Of a stretch of DNA of 64,000 nt, positions 63,862-64,000 are shown piece after piece. The notes under the pieces were generated by a model. It worked only from the letters and a program-made list of their open reading frames with translations, did not search any database and had not been told where the DNA came from. Source of the DNA: Acutalibacteraceae bacterium (lineage in GTDB: Bacteria > Bacillota > Clostridia > Oscillospirales > Acutalibacteraceae); contig JAZSQQ010000077.1 of the NCBI GenBank assembly GCA_045538055.1, positions 20,365 through 84,364 on the forward strand, in the 5' to 3' direction. Positions within the stretch are counted from its first letter, which is position 1. Every line of letters starts with the position of its first letter. A program made the translations under genes and the position numbers.

Positions 63862-64000
63862 GAGAATCCGCTACCGCTACTGAAAGAATTTGAAAAATTT
63901 ATATTGAAATAGGTTTTGTTCCTAAAGCGGTTCTGAAATAGTGAATTATCATAACACTTTCCTTTGGGGAGAGTGTTATTTTTATTGCTTTTAAAAAAGA

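Noticed and set aside
1-64000. CRISPR arrays, tRNA or rRNA genes, IS transposases, reverse transcriptases (retron/DGR)
   Set aside because: None was recognised while reading both strands. There are no regularly spaced 25-40-bp repeats, no cloverleaf-type sequences at the att sites (the target is a protein gene), and no transposase or RT motifs in the ORF set.

Overview
64-kb window from a low-GC Gram-positive anaerobe (Clostridia-like, judged from gene content). All calls come from reading the sequence and the ORF track. No homology search was run, and every identity or GC value is an estimate by eye. I saw no rRNA, tRNA or CRISPR array.

Layout:
(1) 1-20.7 kb, about 30% GC. A minus-strand cluster of giant secreted proteins: a >1735-aa PG-binding/DUF1906/Big_2 protein missing from the ORF track because it runs off the window edge, a 616-aa GLUG-motif protein, and a 2141-aa subtilisin-LRR fusion. 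Also a ROK regulator and a complete agr-type quorum-sensing locus (agrD-agrB plus an AgrC-like kinase and a LytTR regulator).
(2) About 20.8-61.8 kb. Accessory DNA stacked at the 3' end of guaA. The guaA terminal sequence TTATTCCCACTC recurs at 32318 and, as 10 nt, at 42968. This delimits three units. Element A has an xis-int-mobC module and its cargo includes a RelA/SpoT (toxSAS-like) operon, a 1364-aa nuclease-NACHT STAND protein and a possible HEPN protein. Next is an integrase-less island carrying a sortase-pilus operon. Element B is a mobilizable element with a MobV relaxase, an AAA ATPase, TnpV and int/xis; its defence cargo is a helicase-nuclease fusion, a type I R-M system with an embedded Mrr-like gene, and XRE plus a GmrSD-like enzyme.
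(3) 61.8-64 kb. A guaA gene encoding only the ATP-pyrophosphatase half, a hairpin-rich intergenic element, and a GNAT gene.

Best leads:
- the tandem accretion array, with the pilus operon apparently carried as cis-mobilizable cargo;
- a 275-bp element bounded by inverted repeats in front of the major pilin gene;
- the three-gene RelA/SpoT operon next to the NACHT gene;
- an unknown 184-aa gene sitting between hsdS and a duplicated hsdS tail;
- a serine-type AgrD encoded upstream of agrB.
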